Shown here: one piece after another, positions 33,801-47,598 of the stretch | Layout of the letters: each line of letters begins with the position of its first letter | How positions within the stretch are numbered: position 1 is the stretch's first letter | DNA from: the human T2T-CHM13v2.0 reference genome, Homo sapiens | Direction: 5' to 3' (one strand) | Assembly: GCF_009914755.1 (NCBI RefSeq) | Contig: NC_060937.1 | Length of the DNA stretch: 64,000 bases | Position numbers and translations under genes: made by a program | The notes under the pieces: generated by a model | What the model was told of the DNA's origin: nothing | The model's input: the letters and a program-made list of their open reading frames with translations, nothing else | The model's database searches: none

Positions 33801-35737
33801 GTACATAAAATATGAAGGCACATCCAATATATATTATATTCTGTACATAAAATATCAAAGTACACCAAATGTATATTATATACTGTACATAAAATATCAA
33901 AGTACCCAAAGTGTATATTATATACTGTACATAAAATATGAAGGTTCATCAAATATATTTTATATTCTGCACATAATATATCAAAGTACAGCAAATATAT
34001 ATTATATACTGTACATAAAATATCAAAGTACCCAAAATATGTATTATATACTGTACATAAAATATGAAAGTAACCAAACATTTATAATAAACTGTACATA
34101 AAGTATCAAACTACTCAAACTACATATTATATACAGTATATAAAACGTCAAAGTACCCAAACTGTATATTATATACTGTACATAATATATCAAAGTACCC
34201 AAATATATAGCATACTGTACATAAAATATCAAAGTACCCAAAATATATATTATATACTGTACATAAAATATCAAAATACCCAAAATATATATTATATACT
34301 GTACATAAATTACCAAAGTACCCAAAGTATATATTATGTACCGTACAAAAAATATCAAAGTAGCCAAAATATGTATTATACACTGTACTTAATATATGAA
34401 AGTACCCAAACATTTATAATAAACTGTAAATAAAATATCAATGTACTCAAACTATATATTATGTGCGGTACATAAGATATCAAAGTACCCATGCCATATA
34501 GTATATACTGTACTTAAAATATCAAAATACCCAAAATATATATTATATACGTTACATAAACTATCAAATACACAAAGTATGTATTATATACTGTACATAA
34601 AATAGCAAAGTTCCCAAAATATGTATTATATACTGTACATAAAATATGAAAGTACCCAACCATTTATAATAAACTCTACATAAAATACCAAAGTACCCAA
34701 ACTGTGTATTATATACTGTCCATAAAATATCAAAGGACCCAAAATATATATTGTAAACTCTACATAAAATATCAAAGTAGCCAAAATACATATTGTATAC
34801 TGTACATAAAATATAAAAGTACCCCAAATATATATTATATACTGTACATAAAATATCAAAGTACCCATAATACATATTATATACTGTACATAAAATATCA
34901 AAGGACCCAAAATAAACATTATATACTGTACATAAAATATCCAAATACTCAAAATATATATTACATACTGTACATAAAATATCAAAGTACCCAAATTATG
35001 TATTATATACTGTACGTAAAATATCAGAGTACCCAAAATATGCATTATATACTGTACATATAATATGAAGGTACATCAAATATATAGTATATGCTGCACA
35101 TAAAATATCAAAGTACCCAAAGTATGTATTATATACTGTACATAAAATATCAAAGTACCAAAAGTATATATTACCTACTGTAAATAAAATATGAAGATAC
35201 CTCAAATATATATTATATTCTGTACATAAAATATCAAAGTACACCAAGTATATACTATATACTCTACATAAAATATTAAATTACCCAAAATATGTATTGT
35301 ATTGTGTACATAAAATATGAAAGTAACCAAACATTTATAATAAACTGTACATAAAATATCAAAGTACTCAAACTTTATATTATATACTGTACATAAAGTA
35401 TCAAAGTACCCAAACTGTGTAGTATATACTGTACATAAAATATCAAGGTACCCAAAATGTATATTGTAAACTGTAGATAAAATATCAAAGTACCCAAAAT
35501 ATATATTATATACTGTACATAAAATATGAAGGCACATCCAATATATATTATATTCTGTACATAAAACATCAAAGTACACCAAATGTATATTATATACTGT
35601 ACATAAAATATAAAACTACCCCAAATATATCTTATATACTCTACATAAAATATCAAAGTACCCAAAATATATATTATGTACTGTACATAAAATATCAAAG
35701 TACCCATAGTATGTATTATATCCTGTACATAAAATAT
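900..35737 (+). repeat. 13,453-bp near-identical macro-repeat of HSat1A, ~2.6 tandem copies
   Basis: Identical or near-identical ORF-track entries recur at a constant offset: 1240/14693/28146, 2259/15712/29165, 6582/20035/33488, 8296/21749/35202. Register is lost at ~35,738 (AAAATATAAAAATACCC instead of AAAATATGAAGGTAC at 22,285). Bases 1-~850 are in register but carry more substitutions. Confidence 0.92.
8170..14380 (+). repeat. Internal 3,306-bp tandem duplication (~1.9 copies) within the 13,453-bp unit; repeated at ~21,620-27,830
   Basis: Constant 3,306 offset in ORF pairs 8296/11602, 8805/12111, 9604/12910, 10182/13488, 10819/14125, and again 21749/25055. Boundaries are approximate. Confidence 0.88.
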
Positions 35738-38700
35738 AAAAATACCCAAAATATATATTATATACTGTACATAAATTACCAAAGTACCCAAAGTATATAT
35801 TATGTACCGTACAAAAAATATCAAAGTAGCCAAAATATGTATTATACACTGTACTTAATATATGAAAGTACCCAAACATTTATAATAAACTGTAAATAAA
35901 ATATCAATGTACTCAAACTATATATTATGTGCGGTACATAAGATATCAAAGTACCCATGCTATATAGTATATACTGTACTTAAAATATCAAAATACCCAA
36001 AATATATATTATATACGTTACATAAACTATCAAATACACAAAGTATGTATTATATACTGTACATAAAATAGCAAAGTTCCCAAAATATGTATTATATACT
36101 GTACATAAAATATGAAAGTACCCAACCATTTATAATAAAGTCTACATAAAATACCAAAGTACCCAAACTGTGTATTATATACTGTCCATAAAATATCAAA
36201 GTACCCAAAATATATATTGTAAACTCTACATAAAATATCAAAGTAGCCAAAATACATATTGTATACTGTACATAAAATATAAAAGTACCCCAAATATATA
36301 TTATATACTGTACATAAAATATCAAAGTACCCATAATACATATTATACACTGTACATAAAATATCAAAGGACCCAAAATAAACATTATATACTGTACATA
36401 AACTATTCAAATACTCAAAATATATATTACATACTGTACATAAAATATCAAAGTACCCAAATTATGTATTATATACTGTATGTAAAATATCAGAGTACCC
36501 AAAATATGCATTATATACTGTACATAAAATATGAAAGTAACAAAACATTTATAATAAACTGTACATAAAATATCAAAGTACTCAAACTATATATCATATA
36601 CTGTACATAAAATATCAAAGTACCCAAACTGTGTATTATTACATACTTTATATAAAATATCAAAGTACCTGAAATATATATTGTATACTGTACATAAAAT
36701 ATCAAAGTACCCAAAATATATACTATATACTGTACATAAAATATGAAGGTACATCAAATATATATTATATCCTGTACATAAAATATCAAAGTACTCCTAT
36801 TATATATTGTGTACTGTACATAATATATTAAATCGCCCAAATATATATTGTATACTGTATATAAAATATGAAGGTACTTCAAATATATATTATATGCTGC
36901 ACATAAAATATCAAAGTACCCAAAGTATGCATTACATACTGTACATAAAATATCAAAGTACACAAATTATATATTATATTCTGTACATAAAATATGTAGG
37001 TTCATCAAATATATTTTATATTCTGTACATAATATATCAAAGTACATCAAATATATATTATATACGGTACATAAAATATCAAAGTACCCAAAATATGTAC
37101 TATTTACTGTACATAAAATATGAAAGTAACCAAACTTTTATAATAAACTGTACATAAAATATCAAAGTACTCAATCTACATATTATATACAGTATATAAA
37201 ATATCAAAGTACACAAACTGTATATTATATACTGTACATAATATATCAAAATACCCAGAATATATAGCATACTGTACATACAATATCAAAGTACCCAGAA
37301 TGTATATTGTATACTGTACATAAAATATGAAGGTACATCAAAGATATATTATATTCTGTACATAAAATATCAAAGTACACCAAATATATATTATATGCTG
37401 TACATAATATATTAAAGTTGCCCATGTATACATTTTATACTGTACATAAAATATGAAGGTACATCAAATATATAGTATATGCTGCACATAAAATATCAAA
37501 GTACCCAAAGTATGTATTATATACTGTACATAAAATATCAAAGTACCAAAAGTATATATTACCTACTGTAAATAAAATATGAAGATACCTCAAATATATA
37601 TTATATTCTGTACATGAAATATCAAAGTACACCAAGTATATACTATATACTCTACATAAAATATTAAATTACCCAAAATATGTATTGTATTGTGTACATA
37701 AAATATGAAAGTAACCAAACATTCATAATAAACTGTACATAAAATATCAAAGTACTCAAACTTTATATTATATACTGTACATAAAGTATCAAAGTACCCA
37801 AACTGTGTAGTATATACTGTACATAAAATATCAAGGTACCCAAAATGTATATTGTAAACTGTAGATAAAATATCAAAGTACCCAAAATATATATTATATA
37901 CTGTACATAAAATATGAAGGCACATCCAATATATATTATATTCTGTACATAAAATATCAAAGTACACCAAATGTATATTATATACTGTACATAAAATATA
38001 AAACTACCCCAAATATATCTTATATACTCTACATAAAATATCAAAGTACCCAAAATATATATTATATACTGTACATAATATATCAAAGTACCCATAGTAT
38101 GTATTATATCCTGTACATAAAATATGAAGGTACGTCAAATATATATTCTATTCTGCACATAAAATATCATATTGCACCAAATATATATTGTATACTGTAT
38201 ATAAAATATGAAGGTACTTCAAATATATATTATATGCTGCACATAAAATATCAAAGTACCCAAAGTATGCATTATATACTGTACATAAAATATCAAAGTA
38301 CCCAAAGTGTATATTATATACTGTACATAAAATATGAAGGTTCATCAAATATATTTTATATTCTGCACATAATATATCAAAGTACAGCAAATATATATTA
38401 TATACTGTACATAAAATAACAAAGTAACAAAAATATGTATTATATACTGTACATAAAATATGAAAGTAACCAAATATTTATAATAAACTGTATATAAAAT
38501 ATCAAAGTACTCAAACTACATATTATATAGAGTATATAAAATATCAAAGTACCCAAACTATATATTATATACTGTACATACTATATCAAAGTACCCGAAT
38601 ATATAGCATACTGTACATAAAATATCAAAGTACCCAAAATATATATTGTATACTGTACATAAAATATGAAGGTACATCAAAGATATATTATATTCTGTCC

Positions 38701-41700
38701 ATAAAATATCAAAGTACACCAAATATATATTATATGCTGTACAGAATATATTAAAGTCGACCAAATGTATATTATATACTGTACATAAAATATGAAGGTA
38801 CATCAAATATATATTATATGCTGCACATAAAATATCAAAGTACCCAAAGTATGTGTTATATACTGTACATAAAATATCAAAGTACCCAAAGTATATATTA
38901 TATACTGTACATAAAATATAAAATACCCCAAATATATATTATATCCAGTACATAAAATATCAAAGTACCCAAAATATATATTGTAAACTGTACATAAAAT
39001 ATCAAAGTAGCCAAAATATATATTGTATACTGTACATAAAATATAAAAGTACCCCAAATATGTATTATATACTGTACATAAAATATCAAAGTACCGATAA
39101 TACATATTATATACTGTACATAAAATATCAAAGGACCCAAAATAAACATTATATACTGTACATAAAATATCCAAATACTCAAAATATATATTACATACTG
39201 TACATAAAATATCAAAGTACCCAAATTATGTATTATATACTGTACGTAAAATATCAGAGTACCCAAAATATGCATTATATACTGTACATAAAATATGAAA
39301 GTAACAAAACATTTATAATAAACTGTACATAAAATATCAAAGTACTCAAACTATATATCATATACTGTACATAAAATATCAAAGTACCCAAACTGTGTAT
39401 TATTATATACTGTATATAAAATATCAAAGTACCTGAAATATATATTGTATACTGTACATAAAATATCAAACTACCCAAAATATATACTATATACTGTACA
39501 TAAAATATGAAGGTACATAAATATATATTATATCCTGTACATAAAATATCAAAGTACACCTATTATATATTGTGTACTGTACATAATATATTAAATCGCC
39601 CAAATATATATTGTATACTGTATATAAAATATGAAGGTACTTCAAATATATATTATATGCTGCACATAAAATATCAAAGTACCCAAGGTATGCATTACAT
39701 ACTGTACATAAAATATCAAAGTACACATATTATATATTATATAATATACATAAAATATGAAGGTTCATCAAATATATATTATATTCTGTACATAATATAT
39801 CAAAGTACATCAAATATATATTATATACTGTACATAAAATATCAAAGTACCAAAAATATGTATTATATACTGTACATAAAATATGAAAGTAACCAAACAT
39901 TTATAATATACTGTACATAAAATATCAAAGTACTCAGTCTACATATTATATACAGTATATAAAATATCAAAGTACACACACTGTATATTATATACTGTAC
40001 ATAATATATCAAAGTACCCAGAATATATAGCATACTGTACATAAAATATCAAAGTACCCGAAATATATATGGTATACTGTACATAAAATATGAAGGTACA
40101 TCAAAGATATATTATATTCTGTACATAAAATATCAAACTACACCAAATATATATTATATGCTGTACATAATATATTAAAGTTGCCCAAATATACATTCTA
40201 TACTGTACATAAAATATGAACGTACATCAAATATATAGTATATGCTGCACATAAAATATCAAAGTACCCAAAGTATGTATTATACACTGTACATAAAATA
40301 TCAAAGTACCAAAAGTATATATTACATACTGTAAATAAAATATGAAGGTACCTCAAATATATATTATGTTCTGTACATAAAATATCAAAGTACACCAAGT
40401 ATATACTATATACTCTGCATAAAATATTAAATTACCCACAATATGTATTGTATTGTGTACATAAAATATGAAAGTAACCAAACATTTATAATAAACTGTA
40501 CATAAAATATCAAAGTACTCAAACTGTATATGATATACTGTACATAAAGTATCAAAGTACCCAAACTGTGTAGTATATTCTGTACATAAAATATCAAGGT
40601 ACCCAAAATATATATTGTAAACTGTAGATAAAATATCAAAGTACCCAAAATATATATTATATACTGTACATAAAATATGAAGGCACATCCAATATATATT
40701 ATATTCTGTACATAAAATATCAAAGTACACCAAATGTATATTATATACTGTACATAAAATATCAAAGTACCCAAAGTGTATATTATATACTGTACATAAA
40801 ATATGAAGGTTCATCAAATATATTTTATATTCTGCACATAATATATCAAAGTACAGCAAATATATATTATATACTGTACATAAAATATCAAAGTACCCAA
40901 AATATGTATTATATACTGTACATAAAATATGAAAGTAACCAAACATTTATAATAAACTGTACATAAAGTATCAAACTACTCAAACTACATATTATATACA
41001 GTATATAAAACGTCAAAGTACCCAAACTGTATATTATATACTGTACATAATATATCAAAGTACCCAAATATATAGCATACTGTACATAAAATATCAAAGT
41101 ACCCAAAATATATATTATATACTGTACATAAAATATCAAAATACCCAAAATATATATTATATACTGTACATAAATTACCAAAGTACCCAAAGTATATATT
41201 ATGTACCGTACAAAAAATATCAAAGTAGCCAAAATATGTATTATACACTGTACTTAATATATGAAAGTACCCAAACATTTATAATAAACTGTAAATAAAA
41301 TATCAATGTACTCAAACTATATATTATGTGCGGTACATAAGATATCAAAGTACCCATGCCATATAGTATATACTGTACTTAAAATATCAAAATACCCAAA
41401 ATATATATTATATACGTTACATAAACTATCAAATACACAAAGTATGTATTATATACTGTACATAAAATAGCAAAGTTCCCAAAATATGTATTATATACTG
41501 TACATAAAATATGAAAGTACCCAACCATTTATAATAAACTCTACATAAAATACCAAAGTACCCAAACTGTGTATTATATACTGTCCATAAAATATCAAAG
41601 GACCCAAAATATATATTGTAAACTCTACATAAAATATCAAAGTAGCCAAAATACATATTGTATACTGTACATAAAATATAAAAGTACCCCAAATATATAT

Positions 41701-42970
41701 TATATACTGTACATAAAATATCAAAGTACCCATAATACATATTATATACTGTACATAAAATATCAAAGGACCCAAAATAAACATTATATACTGTACATAA
41801 AATATCCAAATACTCAAAATATATATTACATACTGTACATAAAATATCAAAGTACCCAAATTATGTATTATATACTGTACGTAAAATATCAGAGTACCCA
41901 AAATATGCATTATATACTGTACATATAATATGAAGGTACATCAAATATATAGTATATGCTGCACATAAAATATCAAAGTACCCAAAGTATGTATTATATA
42001 CTGTACATAAAATATCAAAGTACCAAAAGTATATATTACCTACTGTAAATAAAATATGAAGATACCTCAAATATATATTATATTCTGTACATAAAATATC
42101 AAAGTACACCAAGTATATACTATATACTCTACATAAAATATTAAATTACCCAAAATATGTATTGTATTGTGTACATAAAATATGAAAGTAACCAAACATT
42201 TATAATAAACTGTACATAAAATATCAAAGTACTCAAACTTTATATTATATACTGTACATAAAGTATCAAAGTACCCAAACTGTGTAGTATATACTGTACA
42301 TAAAATATCAAGGTACCCAAAATGTATATTGTAAACTGTAGATAAAATATCAAAGTACCCAAAATATATATTATATACTGTACATAAAATATGAAGGCAC
42401 ATCCAATATATATTATATTCTGTACATAAAATATCAAAGTACACCAAATGTATATTATATACTGTACATAAAATATAAAACTACCCCAAATATATCTTAT
42501 ATACTCTACATAAAATATCAAAGTACCCAAAATATATATTATGTACTGTACATAAAATATCAAAGTACCCATAGTATGTATTATATCCTGTACATAAAAT
42601 ATAAAAATACCCAAAATATATATTATATACTGTACATAAATTACCAAAGTACCCAAAGTATATATTATGTACCGTACAAAAAATATCAAAGTAGCCAAAA
42701 TATGTATTATACACTGTACTTAATATATGAAAGTACCCAAACATTTATAATAAACTGTAAATAAAATATCAATGTACTCAAACTATATATTATGTGCGGT
42801 ACATAAGATATCAAAGTACCCATGCTATATAGTATATACTGTACTTAAAATATCAAAATACCCAAAATATATATTATATACGTTACATAAACTATCAAAT
42901 ACACAAAGTATGTATTATATACTGTACATAAAATAGCAAAGTTCCCAAAATATGTATTATATACTGTACA
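29240..42970 (+). repeat. 6,865-bp tandem duplication of HSat1A (2 copies)
   Basis: Constant 6,865 offset in ORF pairs 29305/36170, 31234/38099, 33488/40353, 34564/41429, 35375/42240, 35711/42576. Diagnostic SNPs place the junction between 36,061 and 36,140. Confidence 0.9.
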
Positions 42971-42993
42971 TAAAATATGAAAGTACCCAACCA

Positions 42994-45900
42994 TTTATAA
43001 TAAACTCTACATAAAATACCAAAGTACCCAAACTGTGTATTATATACTGTCCATAAAATATCAAAGTACCCAAAATATATATTGTAAACTCTACATAAAA
43101 TATCAAAGTAGCCAAAATACATATTGTATACTGTACATAAAATATAAAAGTACCCCAAATATATATTATATACTGTACATAAAATATCAAAGTACCCATA
43201 ATACATATTATATACTGTACATAAAATATCAAAGGACCCAAAATAAACATTATATACTGTACATAAAATATCCAAATACTCAAAATATATATTACATACT
43301 GTACATAAAATATCAAAGTACCCAAATTATGCATTATATACTGTACGTAAAATATCAGAGTAACCAAAATATGCATTATATACTGTACATAAAAAATGAA
43401 AGTAACAAAACATTTATAATAAACTGTACATAAAATATCAAAGTACTCAAACTATATATCATATACTGTACATAAAATATCAAAGTACCCAAACTGTGTA
43501 TTATTGTATACTGTATATAAAATATCAAAGTACCTGAAATATATATTGTATACTGTACATAAAATATCAAAGTACCCAAAATATATACTATATACTGTAC
43601 ATAAAATATGAAGGTACATCAAATGTATATTATATCCTGTACATAAAATATCAAAGTACACCTATTATATATTGTGTACTGTACATATTATATTAAATCG
43701 CCCAAATATATATTGTATACTGTATATAAAATATGAAGGTACTTCAAATATATATTATATGCTGCACATAAAATATCAAAGTACCCAAAGTATGCATTAC
43801 ATACTGTACATAAAATATCAAAGTACACAACTTATATATTATATACTGTACATAAAATATGTAGGTTCATCAAATATATTTTATATTCTGTACATAATAT
43901 ATCAAAGTACATCAAATATATATTATATACGGTACATAAAATATCAAAGTACCCAAAATATGTATTATATACTGTACATAAAACATGAAAGTAACCAAAC
44001 ATTTATAATGAACTGTACATAAAATATCAAAGTACTCAATCTACATATTATATACAGTATATAAAATATCAAAGTACACAAACTGTATATTATATACTGT
44101 ACATAATATATCAAAGTACCCAGAATATATAGCATACTGTACATAAAATATCAAGGTACCCAAAATATATATTGTATACTGTACATAAAATATGAAGGTA
44201 CATCAAAGATATATTATATTCTGTACATAAAATATCAAAGTACACCAAATATATATTATATGCTGTACATAATATATTAAAGTTGCCCATATATACATTA
44301 TGTACTGTACATAAAATATGAAGGTACATCAAATATATAGTATATGCTGCACATAAAATATCAAAGTACCCAAAGTATGTATTATACACTGTACATAAAA
44401 TATCAAAGTACCAGAAGTATATATTACATACTGTAAATAAAATATGAAGGTACCTCAAATATATATTATATTCTGTACATAAAATATCAAAGTACACCAA
44501 GTATATACTATATACTATGCATAAAATATTAAATTACCTAAAATATGTATTGTATTGTGTACATAAAATATGAAAGTAACCAAACATTTATAATAAACTG
44601 TACATAAGATATCAAAGTACTCAAACTGTATATTATATACTGTACATAAAGTATCAAAGTACCCAAACTGTGTAGTATATACTGTACATAAAATATCAAG
44701 GTACCCAAAATATATATTGTAAACTGTAGATAAAATATCAAAGTACCCAAAATATATATTAAATACTTTACATAAAATATGAAGGCACATCCAATATATA
44801 TTATATTCTGTACATAAAATATCAAAGTACACCAAATGTATATTATATACTGTACATAAAATATCAAAGTACCCAAAGTGTATATTATATACTGTACATA
44901 AAATATGAAGGTTCATCAAATATATTTTATATTCTGCACATAATATATCAAAGTACAGCAAATATATATTATATACTGTACATAAAATATCAAAGTACCA
45001 AAAATATGTATTATATACTGTACATAAAATGTGAAAGTAACCAAACATTTATAATAAACTGTACATAAAATATCAAAGTACTCAAACTACTTATTATATA
45101 CAGTATATAAAATATCAAAGTACCCAAACTGTATATTATATACTGTACATAATATATCAAAGTACCCGAATATATAGCATACTGTACATAAAATATCAAA
45201 GTACCCAAAATATATATTGTATACTGTACATAAAATATGAAGGTACATGAAAGATATATTATATTCTGTACATAAAATATCAAAGTACACCAAATATATA
45301 TTATATGCTGTACATAATATATTAAAGTCGAAAAAATATATATTATATACTGTGCATAAAATATGAAGTTACATCAAATATATATTATATGCTGCACATA
45401 AAATATAAAAGTACCCAAAGTATGTATTATATACTCTACATAAAATATCAAAGTACCCAAAATATATATTATATACTGTACATAAAATATAAAATACCCC
45501 AAATATATATTATATGTTGTACATAATATATCAAAGTACAGAAAATATTTATTATATACTGTACATAAAATACCAAAGGACCCAAAATATATATTATATA
45601 CTGTACATAAAATATCAAAATACCCAAAATATATATTATATACTGTACATAAAATACCAAAGTACCCAAAGTATATATTATATACCGTACAAAAAATATC
45701 AAAGTAGCCAAAATATGTATTATACACTGTACATAATATATGAAAGTACCCAAACATTTATAATAAACTGTACATAAAATATCAATGTACTCAAACTATG
45801 TATTATGTGCGGTACATAAGATATCAAAGTACCCTTACTATATAGTATGTACTGTACTTAAAATATCAAAATACCCAAAATATATATTATATACGTTACA

Positions 45901-46006
45901 TAAACTATCACATACACAAAGTATGTATTATATACTGTACATAAAATAGCAAAGTTCCCAAAATATGTATTATATACTGTACATAAAATATGAAAGTACC
46001 CAACCA
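42994..46006 (+). repeat. One complete ~3,013-bp, 72-monomer HSat1A higher-order unit (3-kb satellite I HOR)
   Basis: The CAACCATTTATAATAAA marker recurs at 42,994 and 46,007 (ORF pairs 42957/45970 and 43035/46048 agree). TTTATAAT landmarks are spaced 419/589/585/461/709/250 bp, i.e. 10+14+14+11+17+6 = 72 monomers. This size fits my recollection of the chr13-enriched ~3-kb satellite I subfamily (pTRI-6); not checked against a database. Confidence 0.8.
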
Positions 46007-46429
46007 TTTATAATAAACTCTACATAAAATACCAAAGTACCCAAACTGTGTATTATATACTGTCCATAAAATATCAAAGGACCCAAAATATATATTGTCA
46101 ACTGTACATAAAATATCAAAGTAGCCAAAATATATATTGTATACCGTACATTAAATATAAAAGTACCCCAAATATGTATTATATACTGTACATAAAATAT
46201 CAAAGTACCGATAATACATATTATACACTGTACATAAAATATCAAAGGACCCAAAATAAACATTATATACTGTACATAAAATATCCAAATACTCAAAATA
46301 TATATTACATACTGTACATAAAATATCAAAGTACCCAAATTATGTATTATATACTGTACGTAAAATATCAGAGTACCCAAAATATGCATTATATACTGTA
46401 CATAAAATATGAAAGTAACAAAATATTTA

Positions 46430-47598
46430 TAATAATCTCTACATAAAATATCAATGTACTCAAACTATATATTATGTGTGGTACACAAGATATCAAAGTA
46501 CCCATACTATATAGTATATACTGTACTTAAAATATCAAAATACCCAGAATATATATTATATACGTTAAATAAACTATCAAATACGCAAATTATGTATTAT
46601 ATACTGTACATAAAACAGCAAAGTTCCCAAAATATGTATTATATACTGTACATAAAATATGAAGGTAAATCAAACATATATTATATTCTGTACATAACAT
46701 ATCAAACTACCCCAAATATATATTATATACTGTACATGAAATATAAAATTACCCCAAATATATATTATATACTGTACATAAAATATCAAAGTACCCAAAA
46801 TATATATTATATACTGTACATAAAATATCAAAGTACCCAAACTTTATATTATGTAGTGTACATAAAATATCAAAGTAACAAAAATATATATTGTATATTG
46901 TAAATAAAATATCAATATACCCAAAATATATATTATGTACTGTACATAAAATATCAAAGTACCCAAAATACGTATTATATACTGTACATAAAATATGAAT
47001 GTACATCAAATATATATTTTATTCTGTACATAAAATATCAAATTACACGAAATATATTTTATAAATTGTACATGAAATATGAAGGTACATCAAATATATA
47101 TTATATGCTGCACATAAAATATCAAAGTACTCTAAGTATGTATTATATACTGTACATAAAATATCAAAGTACTCAAAGTACATATTATATAGTGTACATG
47201 AAATATAAAGTTACATCAAATATATATTGTATTCTGTACATAAAATATCAAAGTACACTAAATATATATTATATACTGTAATTAAAATATAAAATACCCC
47301 AAATATACATTATATACTGTACATAAAATATCAAAGTACCCAAAATATATATTATATACTGAACATAAAATATCAAAGGACCCAAAATATATATTATACA
47401 CTGTATATAAAATACCATAATACCCAAAATATGTGTCATATACTGTACATAAAATATGAAAGTACCCAAACATTTATAATCAACTGTAACTAAAATATCA
47501 AAGTACTAAAACTATATATTATGTGTTGTATATAAAATATCAACGTACCCATACTATATATTATATACTGTACAAAAAATATCAAAATATATATAATA
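46430..47598 (+). repeat. Divergent terminal HSat1A monomers (array edge layer)
   Basis: The 42-bp periodicity persists, but there are many variants not noticed upstream (AATAATCTCT, ATACGCAAAT, ATAAATTGTA, CTGTAATTAA, CTGAACATAA, CAACGTACCC) and the monomer order no longer follows the 3,013-bp unit. Confidence 0.75.

Larger units (their letters stand above)
1..47598 (+). repeat. Human classical satellite I (HSat1A / SAR), 42-bp AT-rich tandem array of roughly 1,130 monomers
   Basis: Consensus ACATAAAATATCAAAGTACCCAAAATATATATTATATACTGT (42 bp) repeats throughout. Two GTAC (RsaI) sites per monomer give the 17-bp + 25-bp sub-units that define classical satellite I. The + strand is A-rich and G-poor, and no inversion was seen. 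Confidence 0.97.

Noticed and set aside
35-47473. Many Y/I/K-rich and hydrophobic ORFs with 14-aa repeats (YYILYIKYQSTQNI, FGYFDILCTVYNIY, GTLIFYVQYIIYIL)
   Set aside because: 42 bp is divisible by 3, so stop-free frames of the monomer give 14-aa repeats on both strands. The ORFs overlap, recur with the satellite periods and show no gene structure.
1-47598. CRISPR-like look (conserved CTGTACATAAAATATCAAAGTAC separated by variable stretches)
   Set aside because: The variable parts are diverged copies of the same monomer half, not unique spacers. There are no cas genes and the context is a primate centromere.
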